Shown: positions 19,826 through 30,776, counted from the stretch's first letter. The stretch: 61,735 bases of DNA from Patescibacteria group bacterium (GCA_036845805.1 DAIUDD010000001.1:169594-231328), one strand, 5' to 3'. Notes: a model not told the origin generated them from the letters alone. Translations and numbers: made by a program.

Positions 19826-20980
19826 ATGACTATCGGTGTCGATGCTTCACGTAGCATCTCAAAAATCAAAAAGACTGGAGTAGAAAAAGTGTCAGACGAA
19901 TTGCTGGGGGAAATTAAGAAATTAAGAAATAAAGAAATTAAGGGACAGGAAATTAATTTTATTTTTTACACTCCAGAAAAAATTGACTGGTTGCCAGAAC
20001 AAAACCAGCGGATTTTGAAATGGCCGTTTAAATTCTTTTGGACGCAAATCCGCCTCGCTTTTGAATTAATTTTACATCCGCCGCAGGTGGTGTTTTTTCC
20101 CGTCCACGCTTTGCCATTATTATTGCTTTTCCTGCATTACTCATTACGCATTACTCGTTACTATCGTATTATTCACGACATTGCTTTTAAGAAACAACCC
20201 CGACTATATTCTTTTAAACAGAAATTAATTCTCAATCTTGATTTATGGCTAGCTAAAAAGTTATGTGCCAAAATTTTTGTCCCAACCCAAGCGGTAAAGA
20301 ATGATTTATTAAAATATGCCAAAATTAACTCTGACAAAATTATCATCACTCCTTGGGGCTATAAAATACGGAATTATGAGTCTGGAATTACCCGCCTGAC
20401 ATCACCTGCTGGCGAAGCCAATGGCGGACAGTTGAATTATGGAGAAAAAAAGAAACAGATTCTCTATCTCGGTCGAGTGGAAGAAAAAAAGAATATTAAT
20501 AATTTAATCAAGGCTTTTGGGATATTTCATACCACACACCCGGATTACAAGTTGATTTTAGCGGGCAAAATTGATGAAGAATTTAAAAAAAACCATAATT
20601 CATTATTCATAATTCATAATTCAATCGAATTTCTGGGTTTTATTAGTGAAGAAAAAAAATACGAACTTCTCCGCGAATCCGCCGCTCTTGTTCTTGTCTC
20701 CAAAGAAGAAGGCTTTGGCTTTCCAATTTTAGAGGCCTTTGATTTTAGCCTGCCAGTTCTTGCTTCAGATATTCCAGTTTTAAAAGAAATCGGTGGCGAT
20801 GCCTGTCTGTATGCCGACCCCAATTCTCCTCTAGCCATTGCTGATAAATTAGAAAAAATTATTACTGATGAAAAACTACAGACAGATTTAATCATCGCCG
20901 GCCACGAACGACTCAAAAATTTTGACTGGCCAAAGACCGCGGAAAAAATATTAACTGAAATTTGTAACTCCGACCTTTAG
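19826..20980 (+). CDS. Glycosyltransferase family 4, with repeat insertions
   Basis: IGVDASR, LGRVEEKKN, EGFGFPILEAF. Confidence 0.9.
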   Translation: MTIGVDASRSISKIKKTGVEKVSDELLGEIKKLRNKEIKGQEINFIFYTPEKIDWLPEQNQRILKWPFKFFWTQIRLAFELILHPPQVVFFPVHALPLLLLFLHYSLRITRYYRIIHDIAFKKQPRLYSFKQKLILNLDLWLAKKLCAKIFVPTQAVKNDLLKYAKINSDKIIITPWGYKIRNYESGITRLTSPAGEANGGQLNYGEKKKQILYLGRVEEKKNINNLIKAFGIFHTTHPDYKLILAGKIDEEFKKNHNSLFIIHNSIEFLGFISEEKKYELLRESAALVLVSKEEGFGFPILEAFDFSLPVLASDIPVLKEIGGDACLYADPNSPLAIADKLEKIITDEKLQTDLIIAGHERLKNFDWPKTAEKILTEICNSDL

Positions 20981-21054
20981 GTCGGATTTTTAGTTTTGAC
21001 TATCTCGTCTTAAAAATGCTAAAATTTAAATAATTTAATTAACAGTATTATTTC

Positions 21055-22059
21055 ATGTCTAAAACCACCAAAACCATTATTTTTTTGATTATTATTTTTC
21101 TTATTATTCTTGTCGGCTTTATCATCTATCAAATCTATGTGCCTACTAATTTTTCAGGTGAAAAAGAATTTGTAATCGCCAGAGGAGAAAGTCTTAATCA
21201 AATCGGCCGTCATTTAGTATCTGAAAAAATAATCAAATCGCAGTTGGCCTTTGAATTTTATATCTATCTCGCTGGTCTAGAATCTTCTCTTCAAGCTGGT
21301 AATTATGTGCTAACTCCTATGAATATTGCCAAGTTGGCCACTACTTTTTCTGTTGGTAAAGTTGATAACGAAATTACTCTCACCCTTACTGAAGGGCAAA
21401 CAATAAACGACTTAGCTGATGTTTTATTACAAAATAAAATCATCGCCAACAAAAAAGATCTACTTGAATTGACAAAAATCAATAATTTTAAAAATGATTA
21501 TGATTTTCTGAAAGATATTCCAGAAAACAATCTAGAAGGTTTTTTGTTTCCGGATACCTATTTAATCTACAAAGATGCGTTATCTGAAGATGTTGTCAAA
21601 AAAATGCTAGATAATTTTAGTATCAAAATAACCCCCTTTCTCTTAACCGAAATAAAAGCTCAGGGTAAAAATCTTTATGAAATTTTAATCATGGCTTCTA
21701 TTTTAGAAAAAGAAGTCCAAACAGAAAATGATATGAAAATAGTGGCTGGAATCTTGTGGAAAAGATTAGATGCCAATATGGCTCTACAAGTTGACTCTTC
21801 ATTAAAATATATCATCGGCGGCGGCAACCCCAGTTTAACACTCAACGAATTACAAATAGATTCGCCATACAATACTTATAAATACCGCGGCTTACCGCCA
21901 ACCCCGATTGGCAATCCTGGTCTTTCTGCTATTCGGGCCGCCATCTATCCCAAAACTTCTGATTATTGGTTCTACCTTTCAAATCAAGAATCCAAGGAAA
22001 CAATCTTTTCTAAAACATATCAAGAACACGAAGCTGCCATTAATCAGCACCTCCGCTAA
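21055..22059 (+). CDS. mltG: Endolytic murein transglycosylase
   Basis: N-terminal TM, LEGFLFPDTY, ASILEKEV, YNTYKYRGLPPTPIGNPG. Confidence 0.95.
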   Translation: MSKTTKTIIFLIIIFLIILVGFIIYQIYVPTNFSGEKEFVIARGESLNQIGRHLVSEKIIKSQLAFEFYIYLAGLESSLQAGNYVLTPMNIAKLATTFSVGKVDNEITLTLTEGQTINDLADVLLQNKIIANKKDLLELTKINNFKNDYDFLKDIPENNLEGFLFPDTYLIYKDALSEDVVKKMLDNFSIKITPFLLTEIKAQGKNLYEILIMASILEKEVQTENDMKIVAGILWKRLDANMALQVDSSLKYIIGGGNPSLTLNELQIDSPYNTYKYRGLPPTPIGNPGLSAIRAAIYPKTSDYWFYLSNQESKETIFSKTYQEHEAAINQHLR

Positions 22060-22064
22060 AAAAT

Positions 22065-22952
22065 ATGCTTGTCTTTAAATCTGTCCTTTTAGTTTATAAT
22101 CATAAATCCGGTTTAAAATTGGGACCCAAATTTATTAATTTAATTCATAAAAAACTAACTCGCCAATTTCACCAAATAGAAACTTATGAAATAAAAGATT
22201 GGTCTGGGGAAATTTTTGAAAAATTTAAAAACAAAAACATTGATTTAGTGGTCGCCCTTGGCGGCGATGGCACGCTTAACACCTGCGCTAAACTTATTCT
22301 TGATTTTTTGCCAAACGCTGGCTTAAAAATAATTCCTGCCGGCTCCACTAATGTTTTGGCCCGCAGTCTAAATTTACCGCGTTCCTTAATAAAAAATATT
22401 AATAGCTTGGATAAAATAGGGGAGTGGCAACAAATAAAAATTGATGTTGGTGTTTTAAATGACAATTATTATTTTTTAGACGCGGTCATTATTGGCTATT
22501 TAGCTAAAGTTATTAATGCGACCGGCCAAAAATTAAAAAACTTATTTGGCTTTGGCGGCTATCTAATTAATTTTTTGCGTCATCGCAAACCACAAGCAGA
22601 AAATTTTACTATGACAATAAATGATAAAAAAATTTCTACCACCGCTAGCACCATTATTATTGCCAACACACTAAATATCTTGGGCTTTACTCCGCGCCAT
22701 AAATCAGATTTTACCGATGGTTTTTTAGAAGTAATGTTTATGGCTTATAATTCTTTTACTAAATTTTTATTCAGCGTCTGGCATTTCTTTTTTTCCACTA
22801 AAAAAGTAACGCGCCTGAGGGGTCAAAAAATAACCATTGCTCCTTTAGATATTTTTTCTCATCCTATTCAAATCGATGGCGATCCGATCACCAAAATTAA
22901 CCCGCCCTACCAAATTACCATCAGCCCCCAAGCTCTCAAGATCTGGCGATAA
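22065..22952 (+). CDS. Diacylglycerol kinase family lipid kinase
   Basis: GGDGTL, PAGSTNVLARSL, IQIDGD. Confidence 0.9.
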   Translation: MLVFKSVLLVYNHKSGLKLGPKFINLIHKKLTRQFHQIETYEIKDWSGEIFEKFKNKNIDLVVALGGDGTLNTCAKLILDFLPNAGLKIIPAGSTNVLARSLNLPRSLIKNINSLDKIGEWQQIKIDVGVLNDNYYFLDAVIIGYLAKVINATGQKLKNLFGFGGYLINFLRHRKPQAENFTMTINDKKISTTASTIIIANTLNILGFTPRHKSDFTDGFLEVMFMAYNSFTKFLFSVWHFFFSTKKVTRLRGQKITIAPLDIFSHPIQIDGDPITKINPPYQITISPQALKIWR

Positions 22953-23065
22953 TATTTAAATATTATAAAAATCTATAATTTCTTTCTCCATTATTTCTTA
23001 ATTTCTCTATTTCTATGTTTTTATTTGACTTCTTTTTTAAACCTGTTATAATTAATCCACAACTA

Positions 23066-23170
23066 ATTCCCAAGACTGCGGGTCTAAAAATAAATCCTGC
23101 ATAGGAAAATAATATTTGGCTTATTTAAGCCAATCTTTACTCGCAGTCTACCCCACCAGTAGATTTTTTT
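23066..23170 (+). promoter_or_regulatory. L10 leader-like autoregulatory 5' UTR
   Basis: AGACTGCGG/TCGCAGTCT stem and TAAATCCTGCATAGG upstream of rplJ, then hairpin plus T-run. Confidence 0.55.
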
Positions 23171-23210
23171 ATTTAAAATTTAAAATTAAAAATTTAAAAT
23201 TGTTATATAT

Positions 23211-23729
23211 ATGCCCAAAACCAAAGCTCAAAAACAAAAAGTGCTCGACACTGTTAATCAAAAAATTGGTCAATCAAAATCAATCATTTTTTCCACCTTT
23301 GAAAAACTGCCAGTAAATGATGACTTTGCTTTACGCCAGGAACTTAAAAAAGAAGGCGCCAATCATGAAGTTGTTAAAAAAACCCTGCTTAATAAAATTC
23401 TGGCTGATAAAAATATTACTGATTTAAAAATTGAAGATTTGCGCGGCAATATCACTGTCACTACTTCCCCAGATGAAATTGTTGGCGCTAAAATTTTAGC
23501 CAAATTTATTAAAAACAAAGAAAATTTCAAAATTATTGGCGGGATGCTAGAAAACAAATGGCTCAATGCCGAAAATATCATTGCTTTATCAAGATTGCCT
23601 TCCAAAGACGAATTGATTGCCAAGACTATTGGCACTATTAAAGCTCCGCTCGGTGGTTTAGTTAATGTCTTAGCTGGCAATCTGCGCAATTTAGTCAATG
23701 TCTTAAATGCTCTTAAAGATAAAAAATAA
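23211..23729 (+). CDS. rplJ: 50S ribosomal protein L10
   Basis: LRQELK..VVKKTL, LSRLPSKDELIA; precedes rplL. Confidence 0.95.
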   Translation: MPKTKAQKQKVLDTVNQKIGQSKSIIFSTFEKLPVNDDFALRQELKKEGANHEVVKKTLLNKILADKNITDLKIEDLRGNITVTTSPDEIVGAKILAKFIKNKENFKIIGGMLENKWLNAENIIALSRLPSKDELIAKTIGTIKAPLGGLVNVLAGNLRNLVNVLNALKDKK

Positions 23730-23809
23730 TTAATAATTAATTATATAATCTGTAATCAGTAACCAATAATCAATTCACTAATTACAAATTACTGATTACT
23801 CATAATTCT

Positions 23810-24217
23810 ATGTCAGAAGAAAAAAAAGAAATTCAAATTCCAGCCAAATTTCAATCTTTGGTTTCCGAGATTGAAAAAATGTCTGTTCTAGATCTTTCCG
23901 AATTAGTCAAAATTCTGGAAGAAAAATTTGGCGTTTCTGCTGCCGCCCCTGTAATGATGGGGGCCGTTGGCGCCCCTGGCGCTCAAGCTGAAGTCCAAGA
24001 AGAAAAAACCGACTTTACTGTAGAATTAGCTGCCGCTGGCGATAATAAAATCGCTGTAATTAAAGTGGTGCGTGAATTAACCGAAATGGGCTTAAAAGAA
24101 GCCAAAGATCTCGTTGAAGGTGCACCTAAGGTTTTAAAAGAACACGTAAAAAAAGAACAAGCCGAGGAAATGAAAAAGAAACTAACCGAAGCTGGCGCCA
24201 CGGTTAATTTAAAATAA
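23810..24217 (+). CDS. rplL: 50S ribosomal protein L7/L12
   Basis: [35 protein letters not shown]. Confidence 0.98.
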   Translation: MSEEKKEIQIPAKFQSLVSEIEKMSVLDLSELVKILEEKFGVSAAAPVMMGAVGAPGAQAEVQEEKTDFTVELAAAGDNKIAVIKVVRELTEMGLKEAKDLVEGAPKVLKEHVKKEQAEEMKKKLTEAGATVNLK

Positions 24218-24291
24218 AATTTTGTTAATTTTATTTTATTTAAAACAACCGCTTTAAACGGTTGTTTTAAAATTATATTGATCACTGCTTG

Positions 24292-26343
24292 TTAATTATT
24301 TTCCCAATCAAACCGATAAATTTTCTTTCCGTCAGTAAAACAAACAGCGTTTACCATTATGCCGATACTCTTAGCTTGTCTCAAGTTTTCATTAATAAAC
24401 TGTTTTTGTATGTTGCCATTTTTATCTGATACAATCAGCCGTTGATTATCAGCGTCTAATATATAAATTAAGGAAATATCACTATTGGTTTCGATTAAAA
24501 TATTTTTTCCTAACGGTTTATCCAATTTTAATAACTGAAAATTTTCACTTTTTCCCTTAAATAATTTTATAACTTCTCCCTCTTTCGCTAACCAAATATT
24601 ACCATCAATGGCCATATCCTTAACTCCCAATAATATTTCTTTTTTGACTTCGTACCAACTTACCACTTCTGGAGCATCGCCCCAAGGGTTGTTAACCTTA
24701 ACTAAAAATGGCTTATTATTATCTAGGGCATAAATTCTATCATTATAAACGATGAATTTAGTAGCCGTGCCATTCAAAACCACATTAATTTTTTTAAACT
24801 CCCCCAAAATATTTCTCAACCAAAAATTATTATCTTGATCCTGACAAACAAATTGGCTTTTTTGATCAAAACCACAAATATTTATTTTGTCTTGTCGCCA
24901 AATTTCTTTTGTTGCATTATCAACTACCTGATACATTACGCCCAGATTAGTTAAAGCGTAAATATTATCCTTATCAATCATTATCTGATTAACCTGTTGT
25001 TCACCGGTTAAAAATAAATCTATTTCATTTTCTAATCCAATTTGATAAATATTATTAATTTTGTTCCACAAATTTAATACCTCAATTTGTTTTTTTTCTA
25101 ATTCCATTCGCCATTCTTCTGGCGTCTTAGTGGTTAAATTATTGCTTATCAATTCTTTGGCTACTGTCAAAAACTCCGTAGCCTTTTCTTTATCATTATA
25201 AATTAAAGCTGCTTCTGCTGCCGTTTTATTATCAGCCACCTCTCTAAAAATTTGCTGATAAAAATCAGACACTTTTACCTTATCTTGGTGCCATCTTAAA
25301 TATGCTACGCTACCGCCAATAGCTATAATTAAAACAATAATCACTATTAACAATAATTGACGGTTCTTAATCGAATTTGTTATTGTCTTTCCAATTAGGC
25401 CCCAAAAATTGGTAATTAAATTTTTAATTTTTTTAAAAATCTTAGCCGTATCTTTTTTTTCTTTTATTTGTGGTAATTTTAAATTTTTTGTCTCTTTTTT
25501 ATCGTCCTTGCGCCGATGTCGCCAAAAAAATAATAATCGTACAATTTTTTGAATATTAGGCCAAACAGATGCTGTCAGCGTTCTGCCCGTTCTTTTTTCC
25601 AAATTATCCAGCTGCTGCATTGATTCCCGTGAACCAAACCATTCTTCCAAATATTTACGGTTATCAACTTTGTTTTTTTCAATTTCTAATTCTACCCCAG
25701 AAGCTTTTAAAATAATACCGTTAATTAACGGCACATGTGCGCTTTCTTGTAGCAGGTTTTTAAAATGTTCGCTCGCCTGATCCGCATTTAATTTACTAAG
25801 CACTTCTCTTATTTTTTCCAAAGAAAAAAAATCAAACAAATTGTAATTAGCAAAAATAATTGCGTCTCCCGGTAAAATTTCTCCGCTAGTAATTTGCGTT
25901 AAGATTTTATCCTCTAAAGAAAACTGATTAGCTGCTAAAATAGAATTAATTTTTTTATTTCTCACTAAATAACCAGAGAAATGCCCGCTATTACTAAAAA
26001 CCAAAACATCATCAGCAATCACTCCCACCAAAATATTTACTTTCTGCAGCCACAAAGCTGGCTTATTAAAAAAATCAAACCAAGCTTGATTAATTTGCTG
26101 GCAAACCGTCTCTAAGGAACTTTCCACATTAGGCACTGGCGAGGCATAATAAGTTTTTTCTGCCCAATCAATAAATTCTTTAATTTTTTCTTTTAATCCT
26201 TTCTCCCGCGATTCAACGCTAATCATTATAAAAAAATGACCCAGGCCGGATTCTTCTGATTCTTCGTTATTCGCCACAAAAATCTCCGTTGTTTGTGACG
26301 GTTTAATTGGTTCTAAAAAAATTTTTGCTATATTTTCCACCAT
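24292..26343 (-). CDS. Single-pass membrane protein: degenerate PP2C-like N-domain, TM, beta-propeller-like C-domain
   Basis: PP2C-like strand pattern near SNSGHFSGYLVR and GDAIIFAN; one TM; DMAIDGNIW NHL-like unit; start moved to ATG 26343. Confidence 0.55.
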   Translation of the reverse strand: MVENIAKIFLEPIKPSQTTEIFVANNEESEESGLGHFFIMISVESREKGLKEKIKEFIDWAEKTYYASPVPNVESSLETVCQQINQAWFDFFNKPALWLQKVNILVGVIADDVLVFSNSGHFSGYLVRNKKINSILAANQFSLEDKILTQITSGEILPGDAIIFANYNLFDFFSLEKIREVLSKLNADQASEHFKNLLQESAHVPLINGIILKASGVELEIEKNKVDNRKYLEEWFGSRESMQQLDNLEKRTGRTLTASVWPNIQKIVRLLFFWRHRRKDDKKETKNLKLPQIKEKKDTAKIFKKIKNLITNFWGLIGKTITNSIKNRQLLLIVIIVLIIAIGGSVAYLRWHQDKVKVSDFYQQIFREVADNKTAAEAALIYNDKEKATEFLTVAKELISNNLTTKTPEEWRMELEKKQIEVLNLWNKINNIYQIGLENEIDLFLTGEQQVNQIMIDKDNIYALTNLGVMYQVVDNATKEIWRQDKINICGFDQKSQFVCQDQDNNFWLRNILGEFKKINVVLNGTATKFIVYNDRIYALDNNKPFLVKVNNPWGDAPEVVSWYEVKKEILLGVKDMAIDGNIWLAKEGEVIKLFKGKSENFQLLKLDKPLGKNILIETNSDISLIYILDADNQRLIVSDKNGNIQKQFINENLRQAKSIGIMVNAVCFTDGKKIYRFDWENN

Positions 26344-26463
26344 AGATATTAACCTTTTTATTATATCAATATTCATCAGCTCTGCCAAATTTTGACAAAC
26401 CATTAAAAGCTCTTTATAATTAAACTGTGGAAAAATATTTAAATCAAAAAATAAAAATAAAAT

Positions 26464-27276
26464 ATGAATCAAAATCAATTAATTGAGCTCAAACAATATA
26501 TTGAAACCGCCGAAATCGCCATTAATCAAGCCAAAGACATGATTGATTTGTTGGGCGGTAATGAAAAAAATCTTAACAAAATCGCCAAAAAAAGAGCCCG
26601 TGCTCTTACCCCGCTTTCAGAAGATAATGATACTAAAAGCATTGAAGGTGTTTTCAACGGCCAACACATGATTGGCACTGATGGCAAAGAATATAGCATT
26701 CCGGCTAATTATGCCTCCAAGTCAAAATTGGTCGCTGGTGATCAGATGAAATTGACCATCCAGCCAGACGGTACTTTTATTTACAAACAAACAAAGCCCA
26801 TTGAACAAGAACGCTTAACCGGGACTATTATTACCACTGAAGATGGTTATGCTGTTATTTCGGGCGATGGTCGAAAATTTAATGTCTTAACTGCTTCTAT
26901 TACCTATTTTAAAGGCCAGCCAGGCGACACGGCAGTCATTTTGGTGCCAGTTGATTATCCTTCTCTCTGGGCTGCTGTAGAAAATGTAATAAAAAAAGTT
27001 AATAACGAATCAGAAACCAATCTTACCCAACCAACTCTTGAAGCTCCACCAGAAGAAATGTTGCCACCAGTTAAAACTAACCTTCTGGAAACCGAAGAAC
27101 ACGAAGAATTGCCCTCGGGCGAATTAAAAAATAATCCGTCACCAACTTTTGAAAATTTTACTAATGATCAATCTCTTTCTACTCCTGATCATAATCAAAA
27201 AATAACAGCCCCAAAAATCAATGACTCCGCTTCCAATGAATTAGATATTGTTTCTGATGATTTGGAAGATTTATAA
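26464..27276 (+). CDS. Hypothetical protein with acidic low-complexity tail
   Basis: 270 aa ORF; IEGVFNGQHMIG..YASKSKLV.GD core resembles a CPR-conserved protein (from recall). Confidence 0.7.
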   Translation: MNQNQLIELKQYIETAEIAINQAKDMIDLLGGNEKNLNKIAKKRARALTPLSEDNDTKSIEGVFNGQHMIGTDGKEYSIPANYASKSKLVAGDQMKLTIQPDGTFIYKQTKPIEQERLTGTIITTEDGYAVISGDGRKFNVLTASITYFKGQPGDTAVILVPVDYPSLWAAVENVIKKVNNESETNLTQPTLEAPPEEMLPPVKTNLLETEEHEELPSGELKNNPSPTFENFTNDQSLSTPDHNQKITAPKINDSASNELDIVSDDLEDL

Positions 27277-27388
27277 AAAATCTTTTCTTATTTATAAATT
27301 CTTACAGCTATCAAGAGGGCTGTATTTTTTTTAAAAAAATGCTATAATAAAATCGGATTTCAAATTTGAAATTTATAATTTTAATTTA

Positions 27389-28156
27389 ATGTCACGCATT
27401 ATTTCTGTAGTTAATCAAAAAGGCGGGGTAGGGAAGACCACCACCGCTGTCAATCTGGCCGCCTATTTGGCGCACTTAGGTAATTTTGTTTTATTGGTTG
27501 ATTTGGATCCACAAGCCAATGCCACCTCTGGCGCTGGTATTGATCATAAAAACATTTCTGCTGGACTTTATGAAGTTTTAATGGGGCCTTATGGTTTACG
27601 TCAAGTATCCTTACCACTCGAACCACTGGGCTTAAAAATAATTCCCACCAATCAAAATCTAGCTGGCGCTAATATTGAATTAGCCAACGCCCCCCAGCGT
27701 GAATATCGCCTGCATCAAGAATTATTAGAAATTCGCCATGATTTTGATTATATTATTATTGATTCACCACCATCGCTTGGCCTTTTAACTATTAATGGTT
27801 TAGTAGCCGCTGATGACATTTTAATTCCAGTGCAGTGTGAATATTATGCCCTTGAAGGTTTGGGCCAGCTTCTAAATACCGTCAGTCTAATTAAAGAGCA
27901 CCTTAAACCAGATCTTAATATTTTAGGCGCGGTTATGACCATGTATGACGAACGTAACAAATTGGCTAAAGAAGTTTTTAATGAACTTTATCACTATTTC
28001 CCTAATAAAATTTTTCGCACCGTCATTCCAAGAAATGCTAAATTGGCCGAAGCGCCATCATTTGGCAAACATATTTTGCACTACGACCCTGCCGGCCGCG
28101 GGGCCAAAGCCTATGAACGCCTTGCCCGTGAATTATTAGCATACACTAAACATTAA
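27389..28156 (+). CDS. parA: Chromosome partitioning ATPase ParA/Soj
   Basis: NQKGGVGKTT, DLDPQANAT, DSPPSLG, LAEAPSFG. Confidence 0.97.
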   Translation: MSRIISVVNQKGGVGKTTTAVNLAAYLAHLGNFVLLVDLDPQANATSGAGIDHKNISAGLYEVLMGPYGLRQVSLPLEPLGLKIIPTNQNLAGANIELANAPQREYRLHQELLEIRHDFDYIIIDSPPSLGLLTINGLVAADDILIPVQCEYYALEGLGQLLNTVSLIKEHLKPDLNILGAVMTMYDERNKLAKEVFNELYHYFPNKIFRTVIPRNAKLAEAPSFGKHILHYDPAGRGAKAYERLARELLAYTKH

Positions 28157-28217
28157 CCATAAAATGTGAAAAATTAAAAAATGAATTATAATTATCTTAA
28201 CATGTTTTATAAATTTT

Positions 28218-29132
28218 ATGTCAATTCCAAATACTAAAACTCTTGGCCGAGGCTTGTCTTCTTTAATCGGTGGGCAAAACAATTCAACCAACACGCCCAA
28301 TATCAATTTTAATAATACCGAAGTGCCATATTTGCCTAAAATAAAACGCGGTAATGCTAATCAAATTTTATCTTTACCAATTAATCAAATTAAAACCAAC
28401 CCCTATCAGCCGCGTGAATCTTTTGAGGAAATTTCTCTGCAAGAATTAACCGCTTCCATAAAAGAGCATGGCATTTTACAACCGCTCTTAGTTACCCAGA
28501 CTCTGGCTGGCGAATATGAATTAATTGCTGGCGAAAGAAGATTAAGAGCTGGCAAACTGGCTGGTTTAAAAGAAGTTCCGGTTATTGTGCGCTCAGCTAA
28601 AGAATTAGAGAAATTAGAATTATCTCTCATTGAAAATATTCAGCGCCAAGACTTAAACCCAATTGAAAAAGCGGAAAGTTATAAAAAACTACTGGAAGAA
28701 TTTGGTCTTTCGCATGATGAGGCTGCCCGGCGCTTAGGTATTTCTAGATCACAATTTTCTAATACCCTGCGTTTATTAAGTTTGCCCCCAGACATCCAGC
28801 AAGGTCTCTCTAACTATAAAATTACACTTGGTCAAGCCAAAGTAATCTTAGAAGTAAAAGACGATCAAAAACGGGAGCAACTGTATCGTCGCGCTATTCA
28901 AACTGAGTTAACTGTTTCTGATATAAAAAAAGAAGCTGATAAAATTAAAGTTAAAAGTTATTCGCGGGAAATAAAAAAAGACCCCTTTTTAAGAGAGCTC
29001 GAATTGCGCTTGCAAGAAAAACTTAATACCAAAGTCATGATAAAAAAACGCGGTTCCTGGGGTGGTATAATAGAAATTGAATATTATTCTGATGAAGAAT
29101 TAAAAAATCTTATTACTGAATTAGTTGATTAA
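28218..29132 (+). CDS. parB: Chromosome partitioning protein ParB/Spo0J
   Basis: NPYQPR, GILQP, AGERRLRA, ENIQRQDLNPIE, HTH. Confidence 0.97.
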   Translation: MSIPNTKTLGRGLSSLIGGQNNSTNTPNINFNNTEVPYLPKIKRGNANQILSLPINQIKTNPYQPRESFEEISLQELTASIKEHGILQPLLVTQTLAGEYELIAGERRLRAGKLAGLKEVPVIVRSAKELEKLELSLIENIQRQDLNPIEKAESYKKLLEEFGLSHDEAARRLGISRSQFSNTLRLLSLPPDIQQGLSNYKITLGQAKVILEVKDDQKREQLYRRAIQTELTVSDIKKEADKIKVKSYSREIKKDPFLRELELRLQEKLNTKVMIKKRGSWGGIIEIEYYSDEELKNLITELVD

Positions 29133-30601
29133 TTTTTATTAAAAAATCTAAAAATATTCAACCGGCTTTCTTTGTTAAAGAAAGCCTTTATTTTATTTTT
29201 CGCCAAATGGGTTTGCGCGATGTTTAACCACCCTTCAGCCGGCCCGTGCCGATTTTTATCAATAATTATTTCCACCACATCACCACTCTTTAAGGCATGG
29301 CCCAGAGTCGCAATTTTATCGTTAATCCTGGCTCCCGCACATTTATTACCAACGTCTGAATGAATGTGATATGCAAAATCAATCGGTGTAGCGCCTTCTG
29401 GTAAATCAATTACATCGCCTTTGGGCGTAAAAACAAAAATACGATTCTTAAAAAAATCTAATTTTAAACTATTCAAATATCGTTTAGGAGTAACGTTTCT
29501 ATTTTGTTCTTCCAATAATTCTTGCATCCATTTTAATCTTTCTTTGGTTAATTTGGCATACTCTGATCCAAACTCTTTATAACCCCAATGAGCGGCAATA
29601 CCCAACTCTGATTCTTGATGCATCTTTTCTGTTCTAATCTGAAACTCAGTAATTCTGCCTTCTGGGCCAAAAACAGTCGTGTGCAGTGATTGGTAACCGT
29701 TTGGTTTGGGTTGAGCAATGTAATCTTTAATTCTACCTTTCACTGGCGCCCATAACTTATGAATATGCCCTAATACCTGATAACAATCATCAACCCCACT
29801 AACAATAATTCTTAATGCCACCAGATCATAAATCTTATCAATATCCATTTCCTTGCGCAACAATTTTTGATATAAAGAATAATACCTTTTAGCTCGGCCT
29901 TCAATTAAAACCAAACTAACATCGGAATTTTCCACTAATTCTTTTTTAATGATTTTAATAACCTGATCTGTAAATTTCTTTTGTTCTTCATATCTCTTTT
30001 TTGAAATCTGTAACACCCATTTATATTCTTCCGGATAAACATAGGGAAAAGATAAATCTTCTAATTCACCTTTAATTTCTTCCATGCCCAAACGATTGGC
30101 AATGGGAGCATATATTTCTAAACTTTCTCGAGCAATACGTTGCTGTTTAACGGGTGGCAGGGCATAAAGTGTTTTTAAATTATGGATCCGATCAGCAAAC
30201 TTAATAAACACTACTCGTACATCCTCGGCAATTGCCACAAACATTTTACGCAAATTCTCTGCATATCTCTCTAAACCGCGATATTTAATTTTTCCCAATT
30301 TTGTCACCCCCTCTATCAAATGGGCCACCTCTTCGCCAAAATCTTTTTCTATTTGATCTAAAGTTCTATCAGTCTCTTCTGGCACATCATGCAACAAGCC
30401 AGCAATAATAGTAGCCAAATCCAAGTTATATTCTGCCAATTTATAGGTTGTTTCCAACGGGTGTTGCAAATATTCCTCGCCACTCGATCTCTTTTGGCCC
30501 CGATGGGCTTCTTCTGCCATATCATATGCCAAACGCACCAAATCTAGATCTGCCTTTGGATTATTTTTCTTTATTAATTGAATAATGCGATCTATGGTCA
30601 T
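29129..30601 (-). CDS. RelA/SpoT homologue (HD, synthetase, TGS), C-terminally short
   Basis: ADRIHN, YAPIANRLG, KDYIAQPKPNGYQSLHT, VFTPKGDVIDLP. Confidence 0.95.
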   Translation of the reverse strand: MTIDRIIQLIKKNNPKADLDLVRLAYDMAEEAHRGQKRSSGEEYLQHPLETTYKLAEYNLDLATIIAGLLHDVPEETDRTLDQIEKDFGEEVAHLIEGVTKLGKIKYRGLERYAENLRKMFVAIAEDVRVVFIKFADRIHNLKTLYALPPVKQQRIARESLEIYAPIANRLGMEEIKGELEDLSFPYVYPEEYKWVLQISKKRYEEQKKFTDQVIKIIKKELVENSDVSLVLIEGRAKRYYSLYQKLLRKEMDIDKIYDLVALRIIVSGVDDCYQVLGHIHKLWAPVKGRIKDYIAQPKPNGYQSLHTTVFGPEGRITEFQIRTEKMHQESELGIAAHWGYKEFGSEYAKLTKERLKWMQELLEEQNRNVTPKRYLNSLKLDFFKNRIFVFTPKGDVIDLPEGATPIDFAYHIHSDVGNKCAGARINDKIATLGHALKSGDVVEIIIDKNRHGPAEGWLNIAQTHLAKNKIKAFFNKESRLNIFRFFNKN

Positions 30602-30732
30602 ATATTAAATATAGCACTTATAAAGCTTTATTTGTAGAGTTAACAAAAATCGATGAACTAAAAAACCTTGTTTTATCCATTAATTTATCTTTTAAATACC
30701 TGATTTTTGGGTTAAAATACTAAATTACCAAC

Positions 30733-30776
30733 TGTGGATAACTTATCTTGACATTTTATGTTTTTTTTGCTATAAT
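30733..30776 (+). promoter_or_regulatory. DnaA box plus consensus sigma70 promoter
   Basis: TGTGGATAA 30733-30741; TTGACA 30748-30753, 17-nt spacer, TGC-TATAAT 30771-30776. Confidence 0.7.
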
